The notes under the pieces: model-generated
Told to the model about the DNA's origin: nothing
The model's input: the letters and a program-made list of their open reading frames with translations, nothing else
Databases searched by the model: none
Source of the DNA: Mobula hypostoma
Lineage: Eukaryota
DNA length: 64,000 bases
Reading direction: 5' to 3'
NCBI RefSeq assembly: GCF_963921235.1
Contig: NC_086097.1
Span: 14,198,001 to 14,262,000, forward strand
Part shown: in pieces, positions 34,422 through 49,575 of the stretch
How positions within the stretch are numbered: position 1 is the first letter of the stretch
How the letters are laid out: every line of letters begins with the position of its first letter
Translations under genes and position numbers: made by a program

Positions 34422-36229
34422 TAAACTTACGCTCATCAGAAGCCACAAGTCCACCCTCAATTACTTAGTTGAAGATTTACCTACAGCTTTAGTTATTTGA
34501 GTTGCTAGGACAATGATTCTCACTTGACTCAGTTGAAGAGCCAACACAATGGCCCTCCCACCCCAAGCATTTTCTCTTCTCCCCCCTCCCCTCGGGCAGA
34601 AGATAACAAAGCTTGAGATTACACACCAATAGGCTCTTGGACAGATCCTATCTCACTGGTATCAAGCTCTTGAAAGGACTTCTTATATGATTAAGTTTAA
34701 TTCTTTATCTCTCAGTCTACCTCTTGCACGCTATTTTTCTGCCTAAACTGCACTTTCTTTAAAACCGAGAAACTCTATTCTGTATTTTTCTTTTGTACTA
34801 CCTCGATGCACTTGTGTACGGAATAATTTGTGTAGATGGCATGCAAACAATGGCTTTTCACTGTATCTCAGTACAAGTTACAAAAATCAGAATTAGAATT
34901 AAGTTTAATACCGTTGGCATATGTCATGCAAAAATAAAGTAGTGAGGTAGTGTTCAGGGGCTCAATGTCCATTCGGAGATCTGATGGCAGAGGGGAAGAA
35001 GCTGTTCCTGAATCATTGAGTGTGTGTCTTCAGGCTCCTGTACCTCCTTCCTGATGGTAGCAATGAGAACAAGGTATGACTCGGATAGTTCCTCACAGAT
35101 ATTGAGGCCCAGGAACTTGAAATTGCTAAATAAATGATTGTCAAATTTCCCTATTTATTGGGAAATTTCCCTAATTATTGTCATTTTAGCCTTTGCTTCA
35201 TAGAATGACATCCTTTCTTCCATTTGATTCATTGAAGGATTGTCATCAGATCCTGAGGGCACTTGCAGCATTAATTTTGGATTTCTGCCTCATTTTTTTA
35301 ACTTTCTATGAACAAAGACCAAAGGTTTCTGGTGGTATTTTCACTAAGATTCCTGGGAATTCATGTCCAATCTCAAGAAGCAGCATGACAGAAAAAACGT
35401 ACCTGCAATCCCTCATGCTATACTTTTCATTTTTTTTACGATATAGAAGTCCAGTGGATCTCTGCCAGTTCTCAGAGTAATCCCATCAATCACTCCTCCC
35501 CACTTAGTTCCAAAGTACCTGTTTTTTCTCACATGCACAACTCCACTATGAATGTCCTGCCACCTCCTCACTTCAGAATAATTTACAAGAACCAATTCAA
35601 GGTTTAAAGTAAATTTCATTATCAAATCACATATATGCCACCATATATAGCCCTGAGATTCATCTTCCTGTGGGCATACTCTACAAATCTATAGAATAGT
35701 AACTATAGCAGGATCAATGAAAGGTCAACCAGAGCACGGAAGACAACAAATTTGCAAATGCAAATACAAATAAATAAGAATAAATACTGAGAACATGAAA
35801 TAATAAGATAACGAGTCCTTAAGATGAGATCATTGGTTGCGGGAACATTTCAATGTCGGGGCAAGTGAAGTTGAGTGTAGTTATCCCCTTTTGTTTAAGA
35901 GCCTGATGGTTGAGGGTTATAAACTGTTCTTGAACCTGGTGATGCTAGGCTCCTGTACCTACTACCTGATGGCAGCAATGAGAGGAGCACATGACCTGGA
36001 TAGCGGGGATATCTGATGATGGATGCCGCTTTCCGACGACAGTGTAACAATCAACACAACATTGGGATGTGAGAGAAAACTAGAGCGCATGGTCAAAGAG
36101 ACAACACGCAAACTGCACCCAGACATCACCCGAAGGCAAGATCAAATAAGAATTGCTGGAACTGTGCCGCAGCAGAACCAGAATGATTATTGTCTGGAAT
36201 AACATAGATATATAGATATATTTAAGAGT

Positions 36230-36607
36230 TCGGTGGCGCAGCAGAGATATGTCTCCATCAAAGGAAGTGTAAGGCACTCCATCTCTCTGTTAGCCTACAG
36301 GTCCCCCTTGGGCAAGGGGTAGCACCTGTTTGGCCCCCTGATCAGGGTCACATGAAGCCATAGGAGCAGGTGGTGGATGGTCATATGAGCAAACGGTGCA
36401 CATCACAACTCCTGGTTATGCAACCACCGTCGCCAGGCAGACAATCTCTGAAGAGTTTTGATAGTGACCGGGGTTACCCGTCTTGTAAAGACACTGCCCA
36501 GAAGAAGGCAAAGGCAAGCTACTTCTGGAGAAAAAACTTACCAAGAACAATCATAGACCATGGTAGCCTATGTCATACGTGATGGCACATAATGATGATG
36601 GTGATAA
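36230..36607 (+). mobile_element. RTE-related SINE-like element, (GAT)n tail; second copy at 60685-61060
   Basis: Two collinear copies occur. GGCAATGGCAAACCACTTCTG resembles the BovB-type motif. Confidence 0.65.
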
Positions 36608-38564
36608 TATTTAAGAATATAACAGAGGAATGGGGTATGAGAGTGCTGGATAGAAATAATGATAGTGATGCAATACATCAAAAATCCTGCAAAATTAGTT
36701 CTTCTGTGACTTCCACGTAATTTATTTACAAGGGAATATTAATCTATTTGAAAGAAAGTTAAGTGACTTTTTTATCGTGGGGATTCCGAAACAAGGTTTT
36801 GCGAACAGAAAATGGGCTTTACTAAATCCAGAAGAAATTTAAGAAAAATTTCTTCACTGAACTTGGTTCACTGCTGTGTCCAATTTGCATAACATATTGG
36901 TTTTACAAACTGAACAATCAGAAGTGAGGCACCCAGACTTTGTTAACAACACTGCTCGTTTGTGCTTGCATCAGCTGATTAACGCTGATTAACTGATTAC
37001 CCGACTAACCAGTTCCTGCTCGGATGTGCAACAACAAGCAGACAGCATTTCACGGGGAGGGAAACCAAAGAAGGGTCTTGGACAGAGAAGAAACCAAGAG
37101 GGAAGATGAAGCAGAAGGGCAAAGGCTGGAGGGAGAGTGGGAGAGGGAGTTAACACAAGGGGGTTGGAGCGGAGGAGGAAAAAGGGAGGGAAGGAAAGTA
37201 AAGAGGACAGATGACTGGGAGGAGATGCAAGGGAGGGAACAGGATAAAGGGATGACAGAAGCAAATGCAGGTCACAAATAAGAAGGTAGAGAAAATGGAC
37301 TATTCTTAAGTAACAAATACAAGATATTTCAAGTTTCAATTGTCAAGAAATCCTGTGGGAGATCCCAAAGGAAATGTCTCAGGATGGTGAACTCTGGAAG
37401 CCAGAGAGCAGCACCCACTTCAGCTTCAATGGGTCAGCCTCATGCAATAAGGTTGTTGTGACAAACCACTGATCTGGGGTCCACTGTGACTCTGTACAAT
37501 AAATATACAAACAATTGAATTCGGAGCCCCTCAGCCTGGCTGCTTCATTGTAAAATGTCATGGCTGATCTGATTATACCTTCAGCTCAACCCATAATAAC
37601 ATCTCAACCCCTTACTTATCAAGAATGTCTTGCATTAAAATTGTTCGAAGTCTGCTTCCAATGCCATTTGAACCAGTTCCAAAGACCCACTGCCTTCTGA
37701 GAGAAGAAATTGTTTCTCATTGCCATCTTAAGTGGACCCCCCCCCCTCATTCTGAGATCATATCCTCTTGATTCAGGAATCTCCTGGAAGAGGAATCATC
37801 CTTTCAACATTTATCCAGTGAATAGCCCTAACCATCCAATAATTCCGCATGTTTCAAAAGGAGCACTTCTCATTCTTCCTGTTCTAGATTTCCTCACAAG
37901 AGAAAATCAAATAGATTTGTTCTTGGGCAGGTAGGTTTGCTAAACGGACTGCAGACTCAATAGACTAGACTTGCAGTTTTTAGAGTGTGGGAGGAGAGGT
38001 GATTTCACTGAAAGTTATGAAGTTCTTAGGCAGCTCAGCAGAGTTGACATTCCCCTGGCTAAGGGGTCTGGAACCAAGAGTTGCAATCTCAGAGTTAAGG
38101 ATATAGGATTGAAATGAGAAGGAAATTCTTCACTCAAAGACCTTTGGATCCCACTTCCTCTCAGGATTGTGCAGGTTCAGCCACTGTATTAATTTAAAGC
38201 TTAGAATAGACGTTTGGATATTTTATGGAATTGGACATGGGGATAGTGCTGGAATTTGGTACAGAGGCAGAAGAAAGTATTGGATGATGGAGCAGGTTTG
38301 AAGAGCTGGACAGCCTACTCCAGCTCCAAATCTTGCACAGGGTTTGAATGGGGGGTTGATGCTTCCTCGGACTGAGGAGTCCAGAATGAAGGGTCACAGT
38401 GTCAAAATTAGCCCTGTTAAGAGTGTAGTAAGGAAAAATTCCATCACTCAAAGAGTGCTGAATCTTCAGAATTCTCTACCAAGTCAATGAAGAGGCTCAA
38501 TCATTGCATTTGACATTGAAATCAATAGATATTTGGATCAAAGAGATGGGGCAAAGGCGAGTTA

Positions 38565-38965
38565 CTGGTGCCTTAAAACTAATCGCTTTGGGCAGGTGGG
38601 ACTCATCACTCATGGGTGGCAGCTCATCGAGGTGAAAGAAAATTTTGATCTCAAACCTCCACTGTCTTACAGCTATACACAATTATGGGGGAGGTTTCAG
38701 GAGTAAATCCCGAGGAGAAGTCTGGAACTGGAGCCCTAAGTCAATGGAGTCCCTATGCTCAACGCTGACTGACAACTCCTGCGACACCGATGGTGCCAAA
38801 CTGTATCAGTCTCTGACATTCCTTTGGATTCATCAGCTGCGTGGAGATGGGGAGACGACTGCATAGGCAACAGCTTGCTCTCCATATTGTACTGCCCTGG
38901 CTTGCATTTCATATAACAAGTTAGAATGCAAAGTCCATGGTCGACCCCGACCAATGGAGAGCTTA
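38565..38965 (+). mobile_element. RTE-related non-autonomous element; longer copy at 50067-50651 (-)
   Basis: GGGCAGGTGGGRCTCRTCA...GGCAGCTCATC...GATCTCAAACCTC is shared by both copies. Confidence 0.65.
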
Positions 38966-39544
38966 TAGAGGATGGGGTAAAACTTTAGCCATGATTTTGT
39001 TCAATGGCAACTTTAAAAGCTACATGGCCCATTCCTCCTCCTCCACATTTAGATTCGAATGCTGCAGAGACCACTTGGTTCCTTTGCAAAAGAAACAACA
39101 TGGCTTTGAACTATCAGGGGGTACTCTGGATTCTAAGACCCTTACTGGCGGCAACATCAAGGATTGACTGGTTACCAAAAGAAAGGGCTTGCAGGTGACC
39201 GGCAAAAAAAACATAAGGTGACTTGAGGATAAGTATTTTTTGCGTAGTGAATGATTTGGATTTGGAGTGCACTGCCTGAAGAGGATTAGAAGCTTTTGAA
39301 AGGAAATTTGATAAATACTTGATGGGGGTAAATTGCAGGCATAATGGGGAAAATGCTGGTGAATGGGACTAATAGGATTATTTCTATAAAAACTTGCACA
39401 GACTTATTGGTCTCCCTCTGTGCTGTACTGTTGTATAATTCTGCTCTTTTCAGATAGCACTTCGTTCCATTTAACAGGGCCCTCAAGCTTGCAATGAAAG
39501 GTGTGGAACCTACTCAACCAAGACCTGCCTCTTGTGGGTGAGTA

Positions 39545-40082
39545 ACGCTGGAGGAACGCAACAGGCCAGGCAGCATCTATGGAAACGGACAAAGACGCGA
39601 TGTTTTGGGCCGAGACCCTTCATCAGGTCTGAAAAGGAAGGGTGAAGAAGCCAGAATAAGACGGTTGCGGGAGGGTTAAAATATGATAGGTGAAGCCCAA
39701 TGAGGGGGAATGAGAGGAGGGGGTAATGAAGTGAGAAGCTGAGAAGTGATAGGTGGAAAAGGTAAAGAGCTGAAGGAGAAGGTATCTGATAGGAGAGGAT
39801 AGTGGACCATGGGAGAAAGGGAAGGAGAAGGGACACCAGAGGGAGGCGATAGGAAGGAGAGAAGAGAAGATGTAAGAGGGAAACCAGAACACAGGATGGA
39901 AGAAGAGGGAGGGAGAAATTTCTGGAAATTAGAGACGTTCATGCCGATAGGTTGGAGGCTACCCAGATAGAATATGAGATGTGTTGCTCCTCCAATATGA
40001 GAGTAGTCTCATCATGGCAGTAGAGGAGGCCATGGATAACTAGTCAGAATGGAAATGGGGATTGGAATTAAAATGGTTGGAT
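39545..40082 (-). mobile_element. Penelope-like (Neptune-type) 3' fragment
   Basis: It is the reverse complement of the family at 20335-20955, with a mutated hammerhead at ~39598-39630. Confidence 0.8.
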
Positions 40083-40954
40083 GAGGCTCATTTCTCCAAA
40101 ACACAAAATCCATAGATGCTGGAAAGCTGAAATGGAAAAGAAGAAATGCTGGGGATCCTCAACAGGCAAAGCAGCATCTGTGGGGACCAAAACAAAGCTA
40201 ACTTGGCAATCGATGGCACCTTCATCACTGCTGGAAAAGGGGAAAAGGACAAGCGGGTGCAGAGAAGAGTGGAGACCAAAGGAAATGCTTGTGATGGGGT
40301 AGAAACCAAGAATGTGCAGGTAAGACAAACATCTGCAGTGCTGTGCAGTAAAGTGGAATGACTTTTAGTTGATTGCAGTAGTTCTCTTAGGGTGAATTTT
40401 AAATGAATGAGCAGAATTAGAGAGAAGAAAGTGCTGGAACTTTGAAAAGCCTATCGGCATATCAACAACAAATGCTGCAGATATTCAGAAGATCAGGCAG
40501 CGTCTGTGGAGAGAGAGAAATGGAATTAATGTTACAGATGAGTAACTTTGTACCAGAGCCGGCCAATTCTGCCATAAACAGGAAAGGCTGGTTAACTGAA
40601 ATCATTGGATTTAGTATTGAGATCTGGTAACTACAACATGCCTAGGTAGTTGACATGGTGCTGCTTTGAGGGTAGAGTGGGAAAGACAAATGAAGTGGCA
40701 ATTCTCCTTCTGCATGTGTCCAGACATAAATCTATCCAAAAACAATCATTGCCGGTTTCCTTGCAGGAACAGCAGTCAGAAAAATTCCCAGGAAGATTAG
40801 CTTTATTTGTCACGTGTACAGTAAAACGTCAAAACATACAGGGAAGTGCATCGTTTGCATTAAATCAAGTGAGGATCGCACTAGGGGCAGCCCACAGGTG
40901 TCACCACACTTCTAGCACCAACGTAGCATGCCCACAACTTACTACACTAACTAT

Positions 40955-41111
40955 ACATCTTTGGAGTGAGAGAGGAAACTGGAGTACCTGGGGGAAACCC
41001 ATGCGGTCACGGAGAGAATGTACAAACTCCTTACAGGCAGTGGCGGGAATAGAACCACGGCTGCTGCTACTGTAAAGTGTTATGCTAAACAGTACGCTAC
41101 CATGCCGCCCC
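40955..41111 (-). mobile_element. V-SINE (HE1-like tRNA-SINE); other copies at 42185-42330(-), 45077-45250(+), 47910-48155(+)
   Basis: tRNA-like head GGGGCGGCA..GTAGCG..., B-box GGTTCAATTCC and V-domain GGGTTTCCTCCRGGTRCTCCRGTTTCCTCCCACA. Confidence 0.8.
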
Positions 41112-41142
41112 TGAGCATCAGGTGATGTTTTTGTTCCTTTAC

Positions 41143-41895
41143 AGAACATAGAACATAGAACATAGAATAGTACAGCACAGTACAGGCCCTTCAGCCCACA
41201 ATGTTGTGCCAACCCTCAAACCCTGCCTCCCATATAAGCCCCAACCTTAAATTCCTCCATATACCTGTCTAGTAGTCTCTTAAACTTCAATAGTGTATCT
41301 GCCTCCACCATTGATTCCACGCACCAACCACTCTCTGAGTAAAAAACCTTCCTCTAATATCCCCCTTGAACTTCCCACCCCTTACCTTAAAGCCATGTCC
41401 TCTTGTATTGAGCAGTGGTGCCCTGGGGAAGAGGTGCTGGATATCCACTCTATCTATTCCTCTTATTATCTTGCACACCTCTATTATGTCTCCCCTCATC
41501 CTCCTTCTCTCCAAAGAGTAAAGCCCTAGCTCCCTTAATCTCTGATCATAATGCATACTCTCTAAGCCAGGTAGCATTCTGGTAAATCTCCTCTGTACCC
41601 TTTCCAATGCTTCCACATCCTTCCTATAGTGAGGCGACCAGAAATGCAATACTCCAGGTGTAGCCTAACCAGAGTTTTATAAGCTGCATTATTACATCGC
41701 GACTCTTAAACTCTATCCCTCGACTTATGAAAGCTAACACCCCATAAGCTTTCTTAACTACCCTATCTACCTGTGAGGCAACTTTCAGGGATCTGTGGAC
41801 ATGTACCCCGAGATCCCTCTGCTCCTCCACACTACCAAGTATCCTGCCATTTACTTTGTACTCTGCCTTGGAGTTTGTCCTTCCAAAGTGTACTA
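41143..41895 (-). mobile_element. Young CR1 3' fragment
   Basis: ORFs 41287-41649 and 41624-41917. The sequence is near-identical to 24194-24755. Confidence 0.92.
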
Positions 41896-44800
41896 TGGAG
41901 TAAACTGTAACAGACATATTTAGTGAGAATTAAATCTTAGAATCGATTCAAAGTTCAGTTAACAAGTATGTCTTCCAGTTTTAGAACCTTTTGGTTGTCT
42001 GCTTTATACTTCTTTACAAGAAGATCAGTAGAAGAAGGATTAGGTCATTTCACCTATCATGTCTGCTCCGTTATTCAATAAAGTCACAGTTGATTTTATT
42101 TTAACTTCAGGGCTACTTCACTGTACTAACCCTGCCCTCCCCCTTAATATATGCCCACATTTCACTAAGCCTAACCATACTTAAGTGGAAGGAAACCAGA
42201 GCACCTGGAGGAAACCCATGTGGTCACAGGGAGAAGGTACAAATGCCTTATAGATAGTGGCAGGAATTGAACTCTGATCAGTGATCCCCGGTGCTGTAAA
42301 GCGATCCACCTCGTTACCGTACCACCCCATATCCATATCACAACATAGATATTCCCCCTGTGGCCCTAACGCAGCTTCATATCAGCAGTAAGACCAAAAT
42401 GCCAAACACAGTCAGAAGGCAAGGCCACAATACATACTTAACAGTATCAACAGCAAACAAGCGATATAAGGTGTATCATGCCTTTTAATCTTTGTTTAGC
42501 AATTCTCTAGATAAAAATTAAATATGAATGCAGTTTTCAAACTGATATGGATATGAAATGTCTGAAAATGTTGCCTCTGATCTTAATCTATAATCCATAA
42601 AGTTTCATAAAATGTTCATTTCTGCAGCAATTTTTACATGAAATCCCTTACTGAAACTTACAATATTAATGCCTATGGATCACAAAATATGGTTACATAT
42701 CAGCCCCCAATAAGTTCTGTGCTTTTCAACTTCCAGAAAGTAATGTCGAATAGGCAAAATACTGAGGGAAGACCGATAAGTTTCCTGCAAAAGGTGCTGA
42801 CCCAGTTTCTGCTGAATCTTTGATCTTTCAGCTCGGCCTTCTTTGGGCCTACACGTGGTGCAAAGCATACCTCTGCTTATTAAGTCAACTACATGCCACC
42901 AAGAACACATCAGAAGTCATGACAGCTAGTTATGATTATAGTCTTTTAGAGCATTCTAAATGGCTGCATTACCGTCTGGTTTGGGGACAGGGTGGGAGTG
43001 GTGGTGCTACTGCGCAGGAACAAGAAAAGCTGCAGAGAATTGTAAACTTATTCAGCTCCATCATGGACACTAGCCAAGACATCTTCATGGAGTGATACCT
43101 CAAAAAGCATCTATCATTAAGGACCCCCATCACCCAGGATATACCCTCTTCTCATTGCTACCATCAGGATGGAGGTATAGGAGCCTGAAGGCACACACTC
43201 AATGATTCAGAAAAAGCTTCTTACCCTCTGCCATCCAGTTTCTGAATGGACATTGGACCCATGCACAATACTTCACTACTTTTTATTAATTCTATATATT
43301 TAATTTAACTATTTTTTAAAATTTTTACCATAATTTTCATTTTTTCTCACTATTATTATGAATTGCATTGTACTGCTGCCATAAAGTGAACAAATTTCAA
43401 ACATATCCCAGTGATATTAAAAATTATTCTCATTCTGTTTAATTACATGAAGTTAATTAACATGACATAGTCCCCAACTCAAAAATGGATGGTATCTGTA
43501 AAGCCAAAATGATTTCTATCAACAGTTTTCAAGGTGCATCACAGCCTGATATAGTAACCCCAATGCCTTTGAATGAAAATCCGACAAAAGGTGATGGATT
43601 CAGCCCAGTACATCATGGGTAAAACCCTTCAAACCATCCAAATCTACATGAAATGGTGTCATAGGGAAGTAGCATCCATCATCAGAGATTCACACTGCCC
43701 AGGTCATGCTCTCTTCTCACTGCTGCCATCAAGTAGAATGTAGAAGGGCCGCAGGACTCGCACCGCCAGGTTCAATAACAGTTGATGAGATTGTAGATGC
43801 TGAAAATCCAAACAACACACACAAAATGCTGGAGGAACACAGCAGGCCAAGAAAAGAGTAAACATTCTCTTGAACAAAGAGGACAACTACACTCACTTGC
43901 CCATCCATGGAGATGTTTCCACATCCAATGATCTCACTTTAAGGAATCTTTATCTCATTATCTCATGTTCTCGTTATTTATTACTATTTATTTATATTTG
44001 TATTTGCAGTTTGTTGTCTTCTGCACTCTAGTTGATCTGTCACTGATCCTGTTATAGTTACTATCCTATATAGATTTGAGAAGTATTCCCACAGGAAAAT
44101 TAATCTCACGGATGTATATGGTGACATTTATCTACTTAGATCAAGTACAAGTTCAGTTTATTGTCATTCAACATGTATAATGCCAAACAAAACAATGTTC
44201 CACTGGACCAAGGTACATGACACAGTTTAAGCATTACTTATCTTGCAGACTTCTGTCCGTTAACAAGAGAAAAAAATTCAGCCCCAAATGGGAGTGCTGT
44301 TTCATATATTGATAGAGACTACAAGTGGCAGTAACTCACAGTGCAACCTCACTGATCCTCTGTCAATGAATTCCCAGGCTTGGCTGACATACTGGAGAAA
44401 ATGATGGTTGAAATAGATTTACAGAGAGAATAAAAAGCAAAATTCAAGGAACAATCAAAGTGCATCACTCAAACAGCAGGTTGGCAGCTGTAACTCAGTT
44501 TAAAATGTTGCCACTGTTTACATATCCCTCCGCTGCCTCATTTCTACCTCTGCACGTTCCTCCTGCCTGCAGGACAAGTAGGTACAAGAACAGTTTTTTT
44601 CCATATGCCATCAGTCTTATGAACACTTGAATTTTAGTCTATTATAAACCAAGTCCACCTGTACATACACAGGTATACCTCATTGTATATAGTTCACGAT
44701 TATTTGCACTATTGTTTTGTTTGCTTTTTGATTCCGTACAGTGAGATCTCAGGGAAACCGGCATCAAATTCCCCGTATGTGTCCACATACTTGGTGACAA

Positions 44801-45284
44801 TAAAGGATTCTGATTCCTTTCCAACTTCTGCTCTCTTGAAAATCCTGACTTTCGTTAGCTTTCCATTGCTCCTCAGCTGCCATGCTCTCAAATTCGGGAA
44901 CTGAACTCTTCCTCAGTCTCTTTCTTCAATTAGCTTCTTATCATGAATCTCCTTGACTGAGCTTTCTATCTTTCAACCGAGATTTGTTTTTTTTTTCAGG
45001 AAATCTCTGCTCTCCTCCTGCCAGCTGAACCATAGACGATCACTGCCTGCTGTCTTCAACCATCCCATCCCAGAATGGGGCGGCAGAGCAGCGTAGCAGC
45101 TAGCATAATGCTAACCATCGCCAGCGACTGGAGCTCAATTCCTGCTACTGCCAGTAAGGAGTTTGTTCATTCTCCCCGTGACTGTGTGGGTTTCCGATGG
45201 GTGTTCCGGTTTCATTCCATAGAGTTTAGTAGGTTAATTGGTCGGGTTGTGTATTTAATATTACAGATTATATGTATAAATATG

Positions 45285-47220
45285 TGAATTGCATGTTGTC
45301 CCCCAGAAGTCGATCAGGGTCTTCCCGAAACAGAAACCCTGGATCAATAGTTCCGTGCGAACAGCACTTACAGCGCGACATCAAGTTTACATCGCTGGAG
45401 ATCAACTAGAGCTCAAAAAAAGCAGCTATCATCTGCACAAAGCTATCAAGGTTGTGAAACAACAATATAGGGAGAAGATTGAGTCAAGATTCACAAGAGA
45501 CAGCACACGTGACTTGTGGCGAGGGCTGCATACCATCGCAGACTTCAAAGCCAAACGTTGTGGTTACCACCAACAACGCGGCCCCTCTCCCAGATGAGCT
45601 CAATTGCTTTTATGCCAGGATCCATGTCGTTAACTCTGAGCCTCCGAGGAAAGCCACCGCTACAACCTGCAACCTGGTCATCTCTGAGGCTGTGGTACGC
45701 AGATGTTTCCAACAAGTGGACAGTCACAAGGCTGAGGGACCGGATGGCATCCCAGGGCGAGTACTCAGGATATGCGCAGCACATCTGTCAGGTGTGTTTA
45801 CTGACATTTTTAATCTCTCCCTCTCCCAGTGCAGAGTCCCCTCCTGCTTCAAATTATCCACCATTGTCCCTGTACCAAAAAAGACCAAGGTAACATGTCT
45901 GAACGACTGGCATCCTGTCTCACTCACCTCAATAATAAGCAGATGCTTTGAGAGGCTGGTCAAGGATTACATCTGCAACTTGCTACCGCCCAAGCTGAAC
46001 CCCCTACAATTCACCTACCTACACAACCAATCGACAGATGACGCAATAGCCACTTCTCTACATACCGTCCTTACACATCTGAAGAAGAAGGATGCTTATG
46101 TGAGAATGCTGTTCTTGGACTACAATTCAGCATTCAACACCACAGTGCCATCGAGGCTCAACAAGGAGATCAGAGACCTCAGCCTTGACCCTGCCTTGTG
46201 CAGCTGGATCCTGGACTTCCTGTCAGGTTGCCAGCAGATTGTAACAGTTGTCTCCCTCACCTCCGAACTCTGACTCTCAATACAGGAGCCCTTTGGCCTG
46301 CGTATTGACTCCCCTCCTTTACTCCTTGTATACCCATGACTGTATCACCACCCACAGCTCCAATACGCTAATTAAATTTGCTGACGACACTACATTGATT
46401 GGCCTTATCTCAAACAATAATGAGGTGCCTACAGGGAAGAAGTCATCTCTCTGTCACAGTGGTGTCAAGAAAACAACTTCTCCCTCAGTGTCGCCAAAAC
46501 AATGGAGCTAGTTGTGGATTACAGGAGGAATGGAAATGGGCTAATCCCTACTGACATCAATGGATCTGGGGTTGAGAGGGTAAACAGCTTTAAGTTCCTC
46601 AGCATCCACATCTCCAAGGACCTCATGTGGTCTGTACACACCAGCTGTGCAGTGGAAAAGGCACAACAACGCCTCTTTCACCTCAGACGGTTGAGGAAGT
46701 TTGGTATGGGCCCCCAAATCCTAAGAACTTTCTACAGGGGAACAATTGAGATCATCCTGACTGGCTGCATCACTGTCTGGTATGGGAACTGTACCTCCCT
46801 TAATCGCAGGACTCTGCAGAGAATGGTGCAGACAGCCCAGCGCATCTGTGGTTGTGAACTTCCCATGATTCAGGACATTTACAAGGACAGGTGTGTAAAA
46901 AGGGCCCGTAAGTTCATTGGGGACCCAAGTCATCCCAACCACAATCTATTCCAGCTGCTACCATTTAGAAAGCGGTACCACAGCATCAAAGCCAGGACCA
47001 ACAGGCTCCGGGACAGCTTCTTCCACCAGGACATCAGACTGATGAACTCAGGCTGATTTGAGTGTATTTCTATATTACATTGACTGTTCTGTTTGTTATG
47101 GAAGTTGTAAATTACTATGATTGCACATTGCACATTTAGATGGAGACGTAATGTAAAGATTTTTACTCCTCATGTATGTGAGGGATGTAAGAAATAAAGT
47201 GAGTTCAATTCCATTCAATT
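45285..47220 (+). mobile_element. Rex1/Babar LINE, 5'-truncated, RT domain with few frameshifts
   Basis: KAEGPDGIPGRVL...IVPVPKK..CLNDWHPVSLTS...LFLDYNSAFNT...KFADDTT...TIEIILTGCITVWYG. It has a (TTCAA)n tail. Confidence 0.92.
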
Positions 47221-49575
47221 ATAGGCACATCTCGCCTGAAGTAAACCTGAAGATATACCCACATTTCAGATTCCTGTGTCTTCCATTGAAATAGTTTAAT
47301 ATTTTGAATTTACAAAGCCTAACAGGTCACATGGGTACAATTGGGCTTGTTGGGCCAGAAGGGCCAGTTACCTCTCTGTATCTCTAAATTAATTGAAATT
47401 AACTGGGGAGAGAGTCTGCACAGAGGAGAATCAGTAGGAGACTGAGACAGAGCAAGCTTTTAAGTTTATCTCACTGAACATTTATAATCCTAAGTGTACA
47501 GTAAGTGAACTGAGTGGATAGCTTGTTACTTACAGCTGAACTCTTTAGAACATGGGAGCATATACTCTCGAGATAAGGGTTTAGGTTCGGGATTTCTTCA
47601 CTCGGAAGACTGTAAATCTTTGGAAATTTCTGTCCATGAGGACAATGGATGCTCTGCCATTGGTTATGCCGAGATTGATTGATTGAGTATTGAGGAGATG
47701 ATGTGGAGATTTGGGAAAGGGGCCTGAGGTAAAAGACACACCACGGTACAGGAAAATAGGCTCCAGGGTTCATGTGGCCACCATCACATCTACATCCTTG
47801 AATTCCAAGAACGAGTGCAAGAATCAATTGTTTCTAAAAACTAAATGTTATAATTAACCATGCCACTGATGAATCAACAGTACAAACGTCCTGCAAGGGA
47901 GCATAAATATTGGGTGTCATGGGTTCAATTCCCGCCACTGCCTGTAAGGAGTACATTCTTCCCATGACCATGTGGGTTTCCTCCAGGTATTCCAGTTTCC
48001 TCCCACAGTCCAAAGACGGACCAGTTGGTAGGCTATTTGGTCACTGTAAATTGTCCTGTGATGAGAGTAGGATTAAATCAGGGGATTGCTGGACGGCGCG
48101 GCTCAAAGGGCTGGAAGGACCCATTCCACACTGAATCTCAATAAATAATAAATAACAGAAGAATTGACAAACAACAATAAAAGAATGGAATATTCACCTC
48201 CTCAAGGATACCTTTGTGCTCAAAGAGTTAACCATTAGTCTGCAGAACACAGAGTGAAGAAATGTAATTTATTATGCGAGATAACTTTATATTTGTGCTT
48301 TGAACGAGGTCTTCCTTGTGAATTCTGTCCCTAATGTAATACTATGCATAATAGATCAACACATACTCACACTTGTTATTCATCACTTCCTCCTCTCCCC
48401 CACCTTCAAACGCCCCCCTTCAAAAAAAGAGGCCAATTTAGTTGCAAGGAATTTTCTCAGACCTGCAATGTTTCGCGAGGAATTTATTCTAGAGGCACAG
48501 CAGATAGTTGGTAGCTCGGGCCACTATGCCCGGGGAACCTCTTTCCATTACATTCTGTTGCACACAGCTTGAGGCTACAGGCACGTTGTATGGGCCTGAC
48601 CCAGGAAGGTCAGTGGCTGTGAAGAATCTGAAGGGCTGACATCTGCCGCCTGGCTTTCAGTGAAACATTCACCCCTGTCAACCCAAACAGAGGCCTGTGT
48701 AAAATAATACCTCCAACCCGCACCCCACCCCCCCCCAACCCCCAGCCCCAGCAAGGGACCCAGACTGCAGTGAAAAGACTAAATGGTCTCCTTTTTTTGT
48801 CTGTGTGTCCAGCCTTGTCAGTCCCCTCTTCACCAGACAGGATAGAATTCAGGCCACAATGCAAACACAGGCAACATTCTCACGCCATGGAGGCCTAACA
48901 CTCCTATCCTTCATTCAAATGGAAGACATCAGAGGGCAGAGAGAAGGGGAAAAATTCCTCATCAGAAAAATCACTGGAATTCTCTAAAAATCTATAACAA
49001 TTCTTGCCTTTGAAAGCTACTTAAAATATTAGCAGAATTTCCAAACTGCATTGTACTGGATTTAGATTTCCATCTGAGTGGGGATGTACAGTACTATTCA
49101 TCTGCCTTTAGGCAGAATTAAGAAAGAATCATTTTTAATTATTTAAAACGTGAGTGGGTCTTGTACCTCTAGTTAATATATATAATTCTGATGACTTTTA
49201 ACTAATACGGACTGTCACCAGTTTGGAGGGGAAATGGATGTACATTGCATAGATACTGCAACATTCACTTTCAAGTAGAAATTTTTTCCTTAACAATCGG
49301 AAATGACTGGTCAACCTCTGGTGACTTTTTCTGGTGGAGGAAAGGTGCACCTCCAGTTTCGGCCCTGCCTCTGAATTTTCCTGACAGCTGGCCCCTGAAC
49401 GGTAGCATTTTCCATTGACTCCACTTATAAGTGCGAACATGTTTAGGAGTCAGCCCATTGGCTTCTCATGTCCAAGCTCAGGTAACTTGGCAACTGTCCC
49501 ATCAGGCAAGGCTGCTTCTTTCTGTCGCAAATGGTGTCTTACAATTTCTCCTTTTGGAAGCTGTTTTTCTTTCAG

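Noticed and set aside
37040..37300. Purine-rich ORFs (36989-37339, 37024-37281)
   Set aside because: Low-complexity GA-rich tract.
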